Below, one piece after another: positions 42,800-54,517 of a stretch of DNA of 64,000 nucleotides (positions are counted from its first letter, which is position 1; each line of letters opens with the position of its first letter). The DNA comes from Tetramitus jugosus (lineage: Eukaryota > Protista > Heterolobosea), in NCBI GenBank assembly GCA_937625935.1, contig OW569361.1, positions 62,001 through 126,000 on the forward strand. Direction: 5' to 3'. Made by a program: the position numbers and the translations under genes. The notes beneath the pieces were generated by a model, which was not told the origin of the DNA, did not search any database, and worked only from the letters and a program-made list of their open reading frames with translations.

Positions 42800-43867
42800 A
42801 TGATCAAAGCACAACACATATCCACGCATTTACTCCTCCTCTTATTCACCATCCAATCCTTCCTTGTCTATGTCGTGAGTGTCATCTATCTGTTCATTCA
42901 GTCGGCATTCCCTCGTCCCAGTATCACCCAACCGAATCGAACTACAATGACACTCAGGCGACAATACATGATGGTTGATAATTTGCGTAGTCATCACAAC
43001 CGTTCTATTCGATTATTTTTAACGACTTTTATTTTTGGCGCCAAAACGGATCGGCGACAGAGTAACTGTAGTGATGAGGGGTTGAATCGGTTGATGCGGT
43101 TGTTGTCTTTGCCGCCATTGATACACACGGTGGGAAGCTCTCATGGTGGATTCAGTGTCATGACACTGGAGACTTCCAATTTTCAAATGTTTTGTAAAGC
43201 TATACCCATCACTGCACCATCAACCACCACCACAGCTACAGCTACAACAAATAATAACAATACAAATAATAATAATAATAACAATACAATAGCTAACAAT
43301 GAAAGAGGGACAAAGAGTAGTTTATTCTATAGACCCAATGGTATCACAATGTTGCTCGCTCTCAAGATTTATGACAATATTAATGATACTATTCTCAATC
43401 AACAATTATTGCTTCGAGAGGCCATTCACTATCAATTGATAAACAATAATCGATTGAGTGAATTTTGTGATCAATTGGAGCGATATGTCTGTGCTGATTC
43501 TCTCAAGAATAAGCCACTGTTGATCTTGTTGAGCGTTTGCCTAGGTTTGTCCAACAAAAGAGGAGAGTTTGATGTTGGTACTCGAGCATCATATGATTTG
43601 TTGGATATGGAAACAATGACCACGAAGAAGACGGATGAAAGTAGTGGACAACAGCAACAAATCAAGTGGAATGGAGGTGGATGTTATTGCTGCCCTCATA
43701 AGATGATTATGGATTGCGTATCGGATTGTGTGCAGGATCTGATTCTGTCGCGCGTCAATCCACCACAAAAGAATTGGACAGTGCGGTCCGTGTGTGTTCA
43801 TTGTGGAAGCAACGTGTATCATTCGTTTGATTGGATCTGTGCTCATATGAAACGTGATTTACGATAA
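42800..43867 (+). CDS. Hypothetical protein with N-terminal TM and degenerate Arf-like fold
   Basis: GFSVMTLETSNFQM, LKNKPLLILL and KNWTVRSVCVHCGSNVYHSFDWI echo Arf/Arl segments. G1, G3 and G4 motifs are absent. Confidence 0.45.
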   Translation: MIKAQHISTHLLLLLFTIQSFLVYVVSVIYLFIQSAFPRPSITQPNRTTMTLRRQYMMVDNLRSHHNRSIRLFLTTFIFGAKTDRRQSNCSDEGLNRLMRLLSLPPLIHTVGSSHGGFSVMTLETSNFQMFCKAIPITAPSTTTTATATTNNNNTNNNNNNNTIANNERGTKSSLFYRPNGITMLLALKIYDNINDTILNQQLLLREAIHYQLINNNRLSEFCDQLERYVCADSLKNKPLLILLSVCLGLSNKRGEFDVGTRASYDLLDMETMTTKKTDESSGQQQQIKWNGGGCYCCPHKMIMDCVSDCVQDLILSRVNPPQKNWTVRSVCVHCGSNVYHSFDWICAHMKRDLR

Positions 43868-43955
43868 ATGGTTGGAAAACTGAGCTGCCATTTTGTGTTA
43901 CCTATCGACTAACTATGTGATATTGTAGTTCTAGTTTTTATTGTTCTGTGCTAGT

Positions 43956-46898
43956 TTACAGAGATTTGTTGTGGGCATCCAATCGGTCAATGGATCTTCT
44001 TTCCTTCACCCGCAACACGAGCTTCAGGATTTCATCAAAGATCCAAACAGTACTCGTAATGGCAAAAATGAATGCCACATCGCCAATCGACAAGCTTTCA
44101 GTCTCAAAAATAAATTCCATCAACTTCCAGTAGATGAGAGCGAATTGACCAATCACACTACCTCCAACAGCAAACAAGAATGCCTTGTTGGTGAAGAAGC
44201 CAATTTGGAACACACTCTTCTTCTCACTTCTGCAGTTCAGAGCATTGAACACTTGGAACATGACAAATGTGGTAAATGTCATTGTTCTGTCTCTGTTTGT
44301 CACTTGTCCGTCCTCCATCTCGCTCAAGAAAACATACATGGTACCAATGACCATAATGAGAGCTGAGGAAATAATGCTCAATATCATTCTCTTGGAAATA
44401 ATTGCCTTCTTGGTGTCGCGAGGTGGTTGTCTCATCACATCTTCGTCCACAGGTTCAACACCCAATGATTGTGCCGGTGGTCCATCCATAATAATATTGA
44501 TCCACAAAATTTGCATTGGGTTCAATGGCAATGGCAAGTTGAAGAATGTGCAAATGATCACAATAATCATACAACTGACACTGGTGGTCAATTGATATCT
44601 CAAAAAGTTCTTAATGTTGTTGAAGATACTCTTTCCTTCTTCAATAGCAGCCATGATAGTTGGGAAGTTGTCATCGGCCAAAATTATCTCGGAAGCTTCC
44701 TTGCTGACATCGGTTCCACTTTCACCCATAGCAATACCAATGGAAGCGCACTTGAGAGATGGCGCATCATTAACACCATCACCAGTCATAGCAACAACAT
44801 AGTTCAATGACTTGTATGCCTCAACAATCTTCATCTTGTGAGCAGGAGCCATTCTATAAAAGATGCATGCATTGTCAACACGTTGTCTGAATGAGTCAGT
44901 GTTATCGTCACGGAAGTCAGCCACGCTCAAAGCAATTTCGCTATCAGGTTGCAAATTGTTTGGAACAATGCCCAATTCACGACCAATGGCAACAGCAGTT
45001 TCCTTACCATCACCTGTAATCATGGCAACCTTCACACCAGCGTCCATCAACTTGGCAATCGCTTCCTTAACACCTTCACGAGGTGGATCATAGATACCAA
45101 CCAAACCAACAAAGGAAAAGTTACCCTCAATTTCATTGGACACGGCAAGAGCAACAACACGCAAAGCACTATTGGCAAACTCGCTGGCGGCATTGTGAAT
45201 ATTGGTTCTGTCGTCTCTGGTCAAAGTGGCAGTTGGTTCAGAATGGCTCTTGTAATAAGTGGTACATCTTTCAATAATGTTTTCAGTGGCACCCTTGATA
45301 AAGTATTGCGTCTTACCGTTGAGCTTGTTGCGGCATCGAACAGCCATCCACTTGTGCTCGGATGAGAATGGAATTTCTTCTTCTCTCTCCCAAACCTTGG
45401 TCAGCTCTTCACGATCAATACCAGCCTTGGAGGCAACAGTGAGCAAGGCTCCTTCAGTAGGAGATCCCATCAACTTGACCTTCTTGTCAGGGCTTCTCTT
45501 CAGTGAGGCATTGTTACAGACGGCACCAGTCAGGAACAAAATCTTCAAGTGATCCTGATCTCTGGCGACAATCTCTTCCATCGTAGTGCGAGAGCTGTTG
45601 CAACCAAAGGCGCGACTATATTTGAAGAATGAACCATCATCGTATTGATAACCGAGACCAGTCACATCAATAATGGACTCTCTATCAGCAAAGGTGAACA
45701 TCTTCTTGACAGTCATTTGATTTGCAGTCAGAGTACCAGTCTTATCAACACAAATGATGTTACATGCACCCAATGATTCGACTGATGGCAACTTTCGTAC
45801 AATGGCCTTTCTCTGTGCCATTCTCATGACACCCATAGCCAATGTCACAGTAACAACGATTGGCAATCCCTCAGGGATAGCAGCAACAGCCAATGAGATA
45901 CCCATTGTAAACATTTCCAACCATGGCTTACCAGTGAAGACACCAATCAAGAAAATGACACCAATGATACCGAAACTCAAGATACTAATCTGTTGACTCA
46001 ATGTTTCCATGCTTTCCTGGAGCGGTGTCTTTGATTCACCCAACTCCTTCAACATGGTGGAAATCTTTCCGAGTTCAGTTTCTCCACCAGTCGCAATCAC
46101 AATACCTTTACCAGATCCACCAGTGACCAATGTTGCCATAAATGCAATATTCTTGCAATCAGCTACATGGGTGGCCTTTGGGAATGGATTTTCAGTGCTT
46201 CCTGAACCATTGTTGGCATCGTTAGGAGTAATAGGAGAACCGTGATGGACGACATGAGTTGGTTGGACAACCTTGAACACAGGATTGACCTCACCAGTGA
46301 ACAAACTCTCATCTACACCGAGTCTAACAGATTCAACAAGACGGATATCAGCAGGCACACGATCACCAGTCTCCACCTTCACCAAATCACCAGGTATCAA
46401 CTCTGAGGCGTTCACATTCTTCCATTCACCATTTCTCATGACAATAGCCATATGATTCGTCAATTCCTTCAACGACTCCAATGCCTTATCAGAGCGATAC
46501 TCTTGAATGAATGCCACTGTAACAACAATCAACACAGCCAACGCAATAGAGATGGCATCGTCATATTGTTTCACTAGCAGAGAAACAAAAGCAGAACCCA
46601 ACAATAACAGAATCATTGGTTCCTTGAATTGATCAATGTACTTGGAAAGCAGTGATTCATCGTCCTTGTCTTCAATCTCATTGGCACCGACTTGCTTGAG
46701 TCGTGAAGAAGCTTGATTCTCTGATAGACCATGTTGTAAATCTGTTTCAAATGTTTCAGCCACTTGTTCAATCGTCATCTCAGCAGCCACATCAACACTC
46801 ATGTGATTGAAGATGGCTTTATTCTTTAGTATCTCTTTGGGAGGAGCATTGATTGATACGGGGGAATGCCCTTCCTGTTTAGTTTGCATATTTTTCAT
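43956..46898 (-). CDS. PMR1: P2A secretory-pathway Ca2+/Mn2+-ATPase (SPCA/PMR1)
   Basis: VAAIPEGLP, DKTGTLT, KGA, MITGD, MTGDGVNDAP and QILWINIIMDGPPAQSLGVEP (SPCA signature). Confidence 0.95.
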   Translation of the reverse strand: MKNMQTKQEGHSPVSINAPPKEILKNKAIFNHMSVDVAAEMTIEQVAETFETDLQHGLSENQASSRLKQVGANEIEDKDDESLLSKYIDQFKEPMILLLLGSAFVSLLVKQYDDAISIALAVLIVVTVAFIQEYRSDKALESLKELTNHMAIVMRNGEWKNVNASELIPGDLVKVETGDRVPADIRLVESVRLGVDESLFTGEVNPVFKVVQPTHVVHHGSPITPNDANNGSGSTENPFPKATHVADCKNIAFMATLVTGGSGKGIVIATGGETELGKISTMLKELGESKTPLQESMETLSQQISILSFGIIGVIFLIGVFTGKPWLEMFTMGISLAVAAIPEGLPIVVTVTLAMGVMRMAQRKAIVRKLPSVESLGACNIICVDKTGTLTANQMTVKKMFTFADRESIIDVTGLGYQYDDGSFFKYSRAFGCNSSRTTMEEIVARDQDHLKILFLTGAVCNNASLKRSPDKKVKLMGSPTEGALLTVASKAGIDREELTKVWEREEEIPFSSEHKWMAVRCRNKLNGKTQYFIKGATENIIERCTTYYKSHSEPTATLTRDDRTNIHNAASEFANSALRVVALAVSNEIEGNFSFVGLVGIYDPPREGVKEAIAKLMDAGVKVAMITGDGKETAVAIGRELGIVPNNLQPDSEIALSVADFRDDNTDSFRQRVDNACIFYRMAPAHKMKIVEAYKSLNYVVAMTGDGVNDAPSLKCASIGIAMGESGTDVSKEASEIILADDNFPTIMAAIEEGKSIFNNIKNFLRYQLTTSVSCMIIVIICTFFNLPLPLNPMQILWINIIMDGPPAQSLGVEPVDEDVMRQPPRDTKKAIISKRMILSIISSALIMVIGTMYVFLSEMEDGQVTNRDRTMTFTTFVMFQVFNALNCRSEKKSVFQIGFFTNKAFLFAVGGSVIGQFALIYWKLMEFIFETESLSIGDVAFIFAITSTVWIFDEILKLVLRVKERRSIDRLDAHNKSL

Positions 46899-47351
46899 TT
46901 GAATTATATGCGACAGTGTTGATCGTTTTTTTGTTTGTGTGATCAAAAAGTTTTCTAATCAAAGTTTTTTTTAAGGTTGTTGGATAGCTCACAAAAAGCA
47001 CAGCTCGTTTAGATGTGTGAATGTGTGTAAACGAGAGAAAGAGAGCTCTATTTGTGAGAGTAGAGAAGTAAAAGGGTGATTTGTTTAGCTTTTGGTTGGT
47101 TGTGTGATGCACTCTTCGGAAATGAATCTGCTCATGTGACTGAACCAACAGAAAGGACAAGTGTCTTCGCGCCTTCAACAAGTTCCCGGCAAAAATTCCA
47201 ATTATATCAAATTCTCTCAATTACAACGACTACGGAACAAATGTTCATCGAAAATTTGCACTGTTCAACTACAAAACTCCACCACCGCTTCTTTTTCGCG
47301 CTTCCGACTCGAAGAAAAAGCTTTCACACAACGACCAAACACAAACAAAAA

Positions 47352-48758
47352 ATGTCACAACAACAACAAATCATCCAAGCAGGTGACACTGTCATCATCA
47401 CTGGCAACGACAACAAATCATACACCATACATCACAACATTCAACCCTCTGATGTCATCAAACTTCACAAGGGAGTTCAAATCAGTGCCAAAGAATTGAT
47501 TCATCAACCATTTTATGCCTTTTATAGAGTCAATTACAAGTCACCCTCTTCCAAACCCAACAACTCTGCTACCAACAACAATACCAACTCTACTGATACT
47601 ACCAATATCAATACCAATACTAATAATAATACTAATAAAAATGAACAACAATTGACTCTATTGAGTGAACATCCTGATCCAGAACCACTGTACTGTCAAG
47701 AAGAAAGCAAGGAAGACATGCAAAAGGACAATAGAGGCATCGTAGATGACAACCGAGCACAAAATTTGACTTCACAACAGATTGATGAAATGAAACGTGC
47801 GGCCAACAGTGATCCAAACGCCATTATTCATCAATTGGTGTCTCATTCAGCCAGTTTTGCTCAAAAAAATAATTTTTCACAACAAAAATATTTGAAAAAG
47901 AAGAAGCAAAAGTACATGACCATCATCAAGGTTGTTCCTCCAACAATTCATGAAATGTGTCGAGTCTACATGGAGAAAAAACCTGACAAGATTAGTTATT
48001 TGAGATTTGATGCACTTGCACAGTTGTTGTACATGGGAAATGTTTATAGTAACTCTCAGGTGATGATTGTGGAGACGTGCATGGGATTGTTGACTGCTGC
48101 TGCATTGGAGAGAATGAGTGGTTATGGTAGAATTCTCAAAATTGCAGAAAACAATAATCATCACATTCACTGTGCAAAGATTTTGAATCGTAATGTGCCG
48201 ACGAGAAGTGTGATTCATCCGGAGGAGCCCATGATTTATTATGTGCCTTTTTCAATGGTTGCAAAGTTGGATACGACTTGTCCAGAACAACAACAGCAAC
48301 AACAACAACAAGAACAACAAGAGAATCAAAGTGCACCGTCAGAGGAGCAAGCATTAGTTGAAACATTGTCGACAAGTGGTAATGATGCAATTGAACAGAA
48401 AAAGTTGGAAAAGCAGAAGCAAAAGGAAGAGCTTGAACAGAGAATCGTGCTCTTGTTGAAGGCAAAGAGTGATTCATTGATTATTGCTGGTGATGGCTAT
48501 GATCCAGAGTCCATCTTGGTCAAGTTGTGGCCGTATTTGCAGTCTTCGGGCACATTTGCCATCTTTTGTCCATACATGCAACCTTTGCAACAGTGTTACA
48601 ACATGCTAAGGGCAAAGAAGAACGGCATGCACGCTTGTATGGTGACGCTCACTGAGACGTGGACAAGAGAACAACAAGTTTTGCCTCTAAGAACACACCC
48701 TGTCATGAGAATGCACGCAACAAGTGGCTTTATTTTGTCAGGAATAAAAATTGATTAA
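47352..48758 (+). CDS. TRM6: tRNA m1A58 methyltransferase non-catalytic subunit Trm6/Gcd10
   Basis: DNRGIVDDNRAQNLT, SFAQKNNFSQQKYLKKKKQKY, LRFDALAQLL and REQQVLPLRTHPVM. Confidence 0.93.
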   Translation: MSQQQQIIQAGDTVIITGNDNKSYTIHHNIQPSDVIKLHKGVQISAKELIHQPFYAFYRVNYKSPSSKPNNSATNNNTNSTDTTNINTNTNNNTNKNEQQLTLLSEHPDPEPLYCQEESKEDMQKDNRGIVDDNRAQNLTSQQIDEMKRAANSDPNAIIHQLVSHSASFAQKNNFSQQKYLKKKKQKYMTIIKVVPPTIHEMCRVYMEKKPDKISYLRFDALAQLLYMGNVYSNSQVMIVETCMGLLTAAALERMSGYGRILKIAENNNHHIHCAKILNRNVPTRSVIHPEEPMIYYVPFSMVAKLDTTCPEQQQQQQQQEQQENQSAPSEEQALVETLSTSGNDAIEQKKLEKQKQKEELEQRIVLLLKAKSDSLIIAGDGYDPESILVKLWPYLQSSGTFAIFCPYMQPLQQCYNMLRAKKNGMHACMVTLTETWTREQQVLPLRTHPVMRMHATSGFILSGIKID

Positions 48759-48807
48759 TAATCACATGTGCTTTTACACCACTGATGATGAAGCGAAGTA
48801 AGCCCAA

Positions 48808-51253
48808 TCATTGTCCTATACCGACTTGACGGAGGAGCTGCATGACTTCGGGCGATAGTTTCAGTTCTTGCAAGTCAATATCTCTGATTGGGAGAGAGTG
48901 AGCACCTCGTTCCTGCTGTTCTTCCCAAGCCCGTATTCTTCTCTCTTCTTCTCTTTCTTTGAGAACTGCCTCTATTTCCCCAGATTCTTGTTCGAGTCGT
49001 TTCATCTGCCAGTCCATGTCACTGTTGATGCTTGTTCGTTTCTGTGGTGTTCGAACTTCACTATTCCTGGACTTTTGGGGCACAGTTCGTTGAGCTAGAG
49101 GCTTTCTGATTTGTGCCTCAGAATTCTGAACTACGCTCGTATTTCGTTTCTCTATGAGTGTCTCAGGTTGCCCTGGATGATAGTTCTCTTTGTCATTCTT
49201 GTTCTGAGAAGAAATGTTTCTGGTTGTCATCTTTGGTTGTATAGAAGGTGGTCGTAAGCTTGGAATGTTCATTCCTCGCTTCTCTGTTGGTGTACTGCTT
49301 CTCTGATTTGTCAATACTTTGACCTTCGATACCTTTTCTGGAGGCGGAGTAGAGCTTCTAACTTCAATGGAAGCATTTCTTGTTTTTCGAGGACTAGATA
49401 AACTTGGTTTAAAGGTACAATCCTCAACTTCCTTCTTTTCGAGCATCTTCCTTTCCATGAGTACTTTCTTTTCCACCTTCTTACTCCATTCGAATGATCT
49501 TTCTGCTATACTGGATGTGTTCAGTTGATTTGAAGAGTGATGTTTCGAGGTGACGGAACGAGGTGAAAAGGTGCATTCTGACAGCGATTCTCTGATTACT
49601 TCCTGCTTTAACATGCTCTTCTTCCTCTTATATTCGTTTCCTTTTTGTATTAATAGTTGCTCTCGAGGAATGTGTTTCTGTGATTGATAGTCAATCTCTC
49701 TTGATTTCGTACACAGACGAGGTTGGAAGGTGTACGCCGCAGATTGCTCCATTGAGTGCATGTTTAACTTTGGATCTCGAGGTTTTGTTAACCGATCCAT
49801 TGTTGAAGTATTTGTTCGCATTTCCATGAGATCTGCAAGTAGTTGACTGTATGGTAGCGCCTTAATCTCGTTGGTGTGAGAACTAACTTCTTCAAATTCC
49901 CTCAATTTTGATTGTTCAATCTTCCTTTTCGCTTCATCAGCCTTTCTCAGTAAGATATCCTGCACCGGCTCAGTTCTAACAAGGGTGGAGGATCGAGGAT
50001 TGATGGAGGGAGAAAACAGTTTATGTCCTGTTGTCGGATCAATATTATGTCTAGTCACAATATTCTGGAATTCCTGAATTTCTCTCTTACGATTCTCTTG
50101 TTCTATTGATGTGTAATACAATCTATCAAATACTTCTCCTTCTCTATATAAATTGGCTGAGTGGGCTGAAATCAGTGGTATTGAATCGTTCATTTCTTTT
50201 TCAATTGTTCTTTTCTTTTTCTCTTCCAGTTCTCTTTGTTTCTTTTGACCCTGTGCCAATAAATGTTCGTGTATATTACTATTTCTGCCCATTTGACTAG
50301 CTATTCGATCTGATATACTATTGATCTTTGGGTTGGAAAGGAGTTGTCGCTTCTCTTGCTGCTCAATCTTTTCCTTTTGATGCTTTATCTTCTCATCTCT
50401 TTCTTTTCCCCAAGCAATGATATTGTCAATGTTTCGATGAATTGTTTTCGAGACAGGATTGATATTTGGAGTTCCGCATTGTTCCTTCTTCTCTCTTTCG
50501 AGTAGTTCATTCTTCAATTGCTCTCTCTTCTCCATGTTATGTTTCCGAACATCCTGCAACCGTTCATGAGCCGGTCCAAGGAATTTAATGTCTCGAGAAA
50601 GTTTTGATATTCTAGGAGAGGATAAATTCTTCATCTCCTTTGCATCCTTCTCTCTTCTCATTTCATCGAGGCGAGCTTCCTTTTCGTGATAACGACTCAT
50701 CAATAAATCCTGGATGGGTACATCTCGTTTGATACTGCGAGCTGTGTCTGTGATATCAGGTTTGTTACTTGATACCTCAGCTGCTATCTTTTGTTTCTCC
50801 AGTTCTCGCTTTTTCTGCTTACTACGCGGCATCACAAAAACATTAGTTGGGCCATGTTGAACATAACAAAAGAGAAAGTTGGAATACTTACAGTGCCTCA
50901 CCATAACTGAGTAAACGGTCTTGCACAGAGACTGACGACTTATTCTTTTGACTATTCGAAGAGATTATGCTGGTATTAAAATCAAACCCGCTCATATTGA
51001 ACTCGACCGAACAATCATTGCTTTTCTCAGAGTTAGGAGATGAGATGGCAACCTCGTCTTCTTCGTCCCCCTCTCTATTACTTTTTCTTGGTTCTTTCTC
51101 TTTTGCTAGCAAGAGTTTGAAGTCTTGGATACTCTTTTTCGTTTGTTCATAGTTTGTTTCTAACTTTTCGGCAGCTTCGAGAGCAGATCGACCAGATTCT
51201 GATGCTTTGGTCCAATTTCTTGGTGAAGGGATCTCACTATTTTGATTCCTCAT
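48808..51253 (-). CDS. Hypothetical basic protein with repeated (T)F.P.IN..S..L / ..DRL motifs; exons 51253-50892 and 50821-48808
   Basis: The GTAAGT...TAG intron joins in frame (YGEAL|KQKKRE). Repeats include PNINPVS, PKINSIS, FSPSINPRS, TFQPRL, CTFSPR and CTFKPSL. Confidence 0.7.
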
Positions 51254-51444
51254 TGCTAGCTACTTCGCAAAGATTGATGCACTAGCCTGACTATCAACTG
51301 GTGAGACAATAAAAACGTAGCGTGTTTGTTGTGGTTGTTGTCATACGAGCTGTTACGCACTCGAAAATCATATGCATAAAAGTGTAACGACAATTTTGGC
51401 GCCACTACAGTTCATTGTTTATAGAGTGGTCGGACAGGTTTGGA

Positions 51445-53292
51445 TTAGACTGTGTAACGCACATCATTAGCAATAGAATTCCATATCATACAGTTGTTGG
51501 ATATGATTTCGTGCTTGATGGAGACCTGAGCAAACTGGCTAGCAGGGGATGTGGAGATGGTTCTGTTGTCCACCTCTAAACCACTTAAGGAATGATCCAA
51601 TAATTTATAACTGAGCTTAATGTAGGCATTTGTTCCCACGAGAAGCGGATCCTTTTTCCTATCAGAGTCAATCTCTGTTTGCAAGTCGTTTGAGCTACTA
51701 AAGTAGATTTTGGCAGCAAGCACTACTTCGAGATTTTTCGTCTTAAACTTGTTGCCGAGCTTCCAAAGGAGAGCATGTGCACTATTGGATTTGGAAACTT
51801 GACCTACAGTGCTCTGCATTAGCTTGAAATCACTGATCGAGTTCTTGTTGGGGAAGGGTATATAAACATTGCAGTACTCAAAATTGTTTGATACAGTTTT
51901 TTCCAATTTCAATTGTATTAAAACTTCGACAGTATCCATGTTATTCTCGACAAATTCTCTCATTTGATAGAAACCTCTCAATGGAAGGCTGACATTCGAT
52001 TGAGCGTTAGAGGAGTTGATGGATGTTGATTCATCACAAACATTGTATTTACAGAGAACGAATCCACCTGGTGGCGGACTGAAGACAAGCGTAAATGGAT
52101 TCGTTGGACTGAGAACTTGAGGATACTGTGAGCAACATCGATGAGCTGCGAACTGAGTAATATTTGACAGATTAGATAACTGTACGCTAATGTCTGGAGA
52201 TCCGGCCACATCAGCACTGCACATGATGGAGCCATGACAAGACCAAATATCGGGTATCTTGGGCTTATCATATTGTATCGATTCAATATTCTCTCGAATG
52301 ATAAAAGTGATTCGCTGTTTGTCTATATTGCGTTGTTCGTGGCTCCTCCAAGAAGGTCTCTTCCTATCAAATCCGTCGATCCTATGGGTCAAAGGTCTCG
52401 ATATCAATTGATGCACATTGGTCGATGTTTCTAATGGTCTACCAAATGGCATACTCTGACTCAGAAACATGTGCATATACAGTGCGACAGGGTCCATGTT
52501 TTGATGAAGATTCTGCGGTCTCGGTTGACTCTTGGCCAAAAAATAAGCGCTCGACATGTCCTGGAGCATACACAATGCACCAGTCACTGATGTCAAATCA
52601 ATCAAATCAAACGCTCTTGTACTGTCATTGTTATTCTGATGCGAATCAAACGGCAGTCTATGAGTAGTCACCACACACTTGTTCCGAAAAGTGTTTGTCA
52701 AGTGAAACACGAGTGAATCCTTTCTCTGCAAATCAGTCATTTGCGAATGATAAAACTGTACAAATTTCTTACCATCTGCACCGTCCATAAACGGAAGTGC
52801 AATAAACGAGACTCCACCAACAACAATCGCCACAAACGGCCACAAAATAAACTCATCCATCACCTCTTCCTGCTGCTCCAAATCATCCAATCCACTATTA
52901 CTATTCATTTCAGAATGTAAATCAGTGTCTTCATCTGTCATCATGGAAGAAGAATTGTCCAATGATGTCTGCTGCTGCTGCTGCAGTTGACTTCGCAATC
53001 TCTTCTGATTCAATTTCAATGAAAACAAGAGGAAACATTCGTTTGTCAATTGATCACTAATCACTTTTTCTAAACATCCCAGATATGTCTTGACTAAAAC
53101 AGAGTCACTCATGGATGAGAGATCACAGCTATTTGGTTGTTGCTGAGACGATGATTGACTCGTTGGATTGGTTGGGATCAGCATTTGTTGTCTTTTCTCT
53201 ACCGTGGGAAATTTTCTGGACATTACCAATTGACCATTTTCATTCACGATCCATAGTGCTCTCAATTGACATGGTGAACCAATGCTCGTCAT
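51445..53292 (-). CDS. AP5M1: AP-5 complex subunit mu
   Basis: LRALWI...SRKFPTVEKR, LWPFV, MPFGRPLET, PSW, and a mu-homology domain (FSPPPGGFVLCKY). Confidence 0.85.
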   Translation of the reverse strand: MTSIGSPCQLRALWIVNENGQLVMSRKFPTVEKRQQMLIPTNPTSQSSSQQQPNSCDLSSMSDSVLVKTYLGCLEKVISDQLTNECFLLFSLKLNQKRLRSQLQQQQQTSLDNSSSMMTDEDTDLHSEMNSNSGLDDLEQQEEVMDEFILWPFVAIVVGGVSFIALPFMDGADGKKFVQFYHSQMTDLQRKDSLVFHLTNTFRNKCVVTTHRLPFDSHQNNNDSTRAFDLIDLTSVTGALCMLQDMSSAYFLAKSQPRPQNLHQNMDPVALYMHMFLSQSMPFGRPLETSTNVHQLISRPLTHRIDGFDRKRPSWRSHEQRNIDKQRITFIIRENIESIQYDKPKIPDIWSCHGSIMCSADVAGSPDISVQLSNLSNITQFAAHRCCSQYPQVLSPTNPFTLVFSPPPGGFVLCKYNVCDESTSINSSNAQSNVSLPLRGFYQMREFVENNMDTVEVLIQLKLEKTVSNNFEYCNVYIPFPNKNSISDFKLMQSTVGQVSKSNSAHALLWKLGNKFKTKNLEVVLAAKIYFSSSNDLQTEIDSDRKKDPLLVGTNAYIKLSYKLLDHSLSGLEVDNRTISTSPASQFAQVSIKHEIISNNCMIWNSIANDVRYTV

Positions 53293-53393
53293 GCTTTGTG
53301 TGCTTTTTTTCTTCTTCTATTTGTCTAAACTCCGCATGTTTTGGCGGGTAAAACCCTGTTCCCGCCATTAATGAACAAGAAAATCGTTTCTCT

Positions 53394-54413
53394 ATGGCTG
53401 AAGCAGAACAACAACAACGACAACAAACGAAAATGCCAGCTGAGAAGCCAATAGGAATGATGAATGATGCCGTACGTACAATCTTTTTCCCTTTTTTTAA
53501 CCTCACATCACCTTGATGAAGCTTCATCTCACCGACCTGAGAACTTTATATAAAACTTTAGTACTTTGTCGGTAGAAAAGAGCTGTTGACATGGCTCAAC
53601 ACATTCTTCAAGTTTAGCTATGAACGAATTGAACAAGTGTGTACAGGTGCCGCACACTGTCAAATCATGGATGCCATCTATCCTGGTCAAGTACAGTTGA
53701 ACAAGGTGAATTTTTATGCCAGATTTGACTATGAGTACATGAAGAACTATAAGCTTTTGCAAAATATATTTAATAAGATGAATATTTCAAAGGTAATTGA
53801 TGTAAATAGACTGATCAAGGGCAAATATCAGGACAATCTCGAGTTTTTACAATGGATGAAGCGATATTTTGATACGACTTATGATGGAAGTGCCTATGAT
53901 GCTCTTGCGAGAAGAACTCAAGCCATAAAGGACTATGATGGAAAGTGGACAAGTAAGCCAATGTCTACTACCACTAATACGGCTAATAGCAATAGCAATA
54001 ATAACAATGTGAATAATTCGTTTGCGATTCGGAGGAGTGGACCAGGCAGTACAGTCGGTAGTGGAGCAAGAGAACCAGTGGCACAACGACGCACATCAAG
54101 TAGGCTATCAATACCACAACCGGACGAAGCGACCAATTCGAAGCTGAGACAACTAGGAATACAGAACACAGAGTTGAGACAAGAAGTAACCAATCTCGAG
54201 AGAGAAAGAGACTTTTACTTCCAAAAGTTGAGAGACATTGAAGTCCTGTGTCAAGATTTTGTAACGGCTGCATCTACATCCTCTCCACCCAGTGCTCAAA
54301 GTGTTGTCGAGCACATTCAAAACATTCTGTTTGCTACAGAAGAGGATTTTGTATCTGTAGATGATTTAAATCTGCAACATTCGAACGACGAACAAACAAT
54401 GGTCGATGAATAG
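53394..54413 (+). CDS. EB1: Microtubule end-binding protein EB1; exons 53394-53471 and 53562-54413
   Basis: Spliced N-terminus IGMMNDA|YFVGRKELLTWLN, CH domain with QDNLEFLQW, and EBH domain LERERDFYFQKLRDIEVLCQ. Confidence 0.95.
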
Positions 54414-54517
54414 GCTGATTTCGTTATTTTTTGAGGAGAACTGTAACGAACCACGCCTGAATGATGACTTAAGAGTGTAAAACAGAAATATACAACAAAT
54501 AGTTAACATTTGGGTGT

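Noticed and set aside
51395-53347. E2F-like TTTGGCG[CG] octamers at 51395 and 53340 near gene starts
   Set aside because: Short motifs that also occur inside coding sequences in this window; enrichment cannot be shown without statistics.
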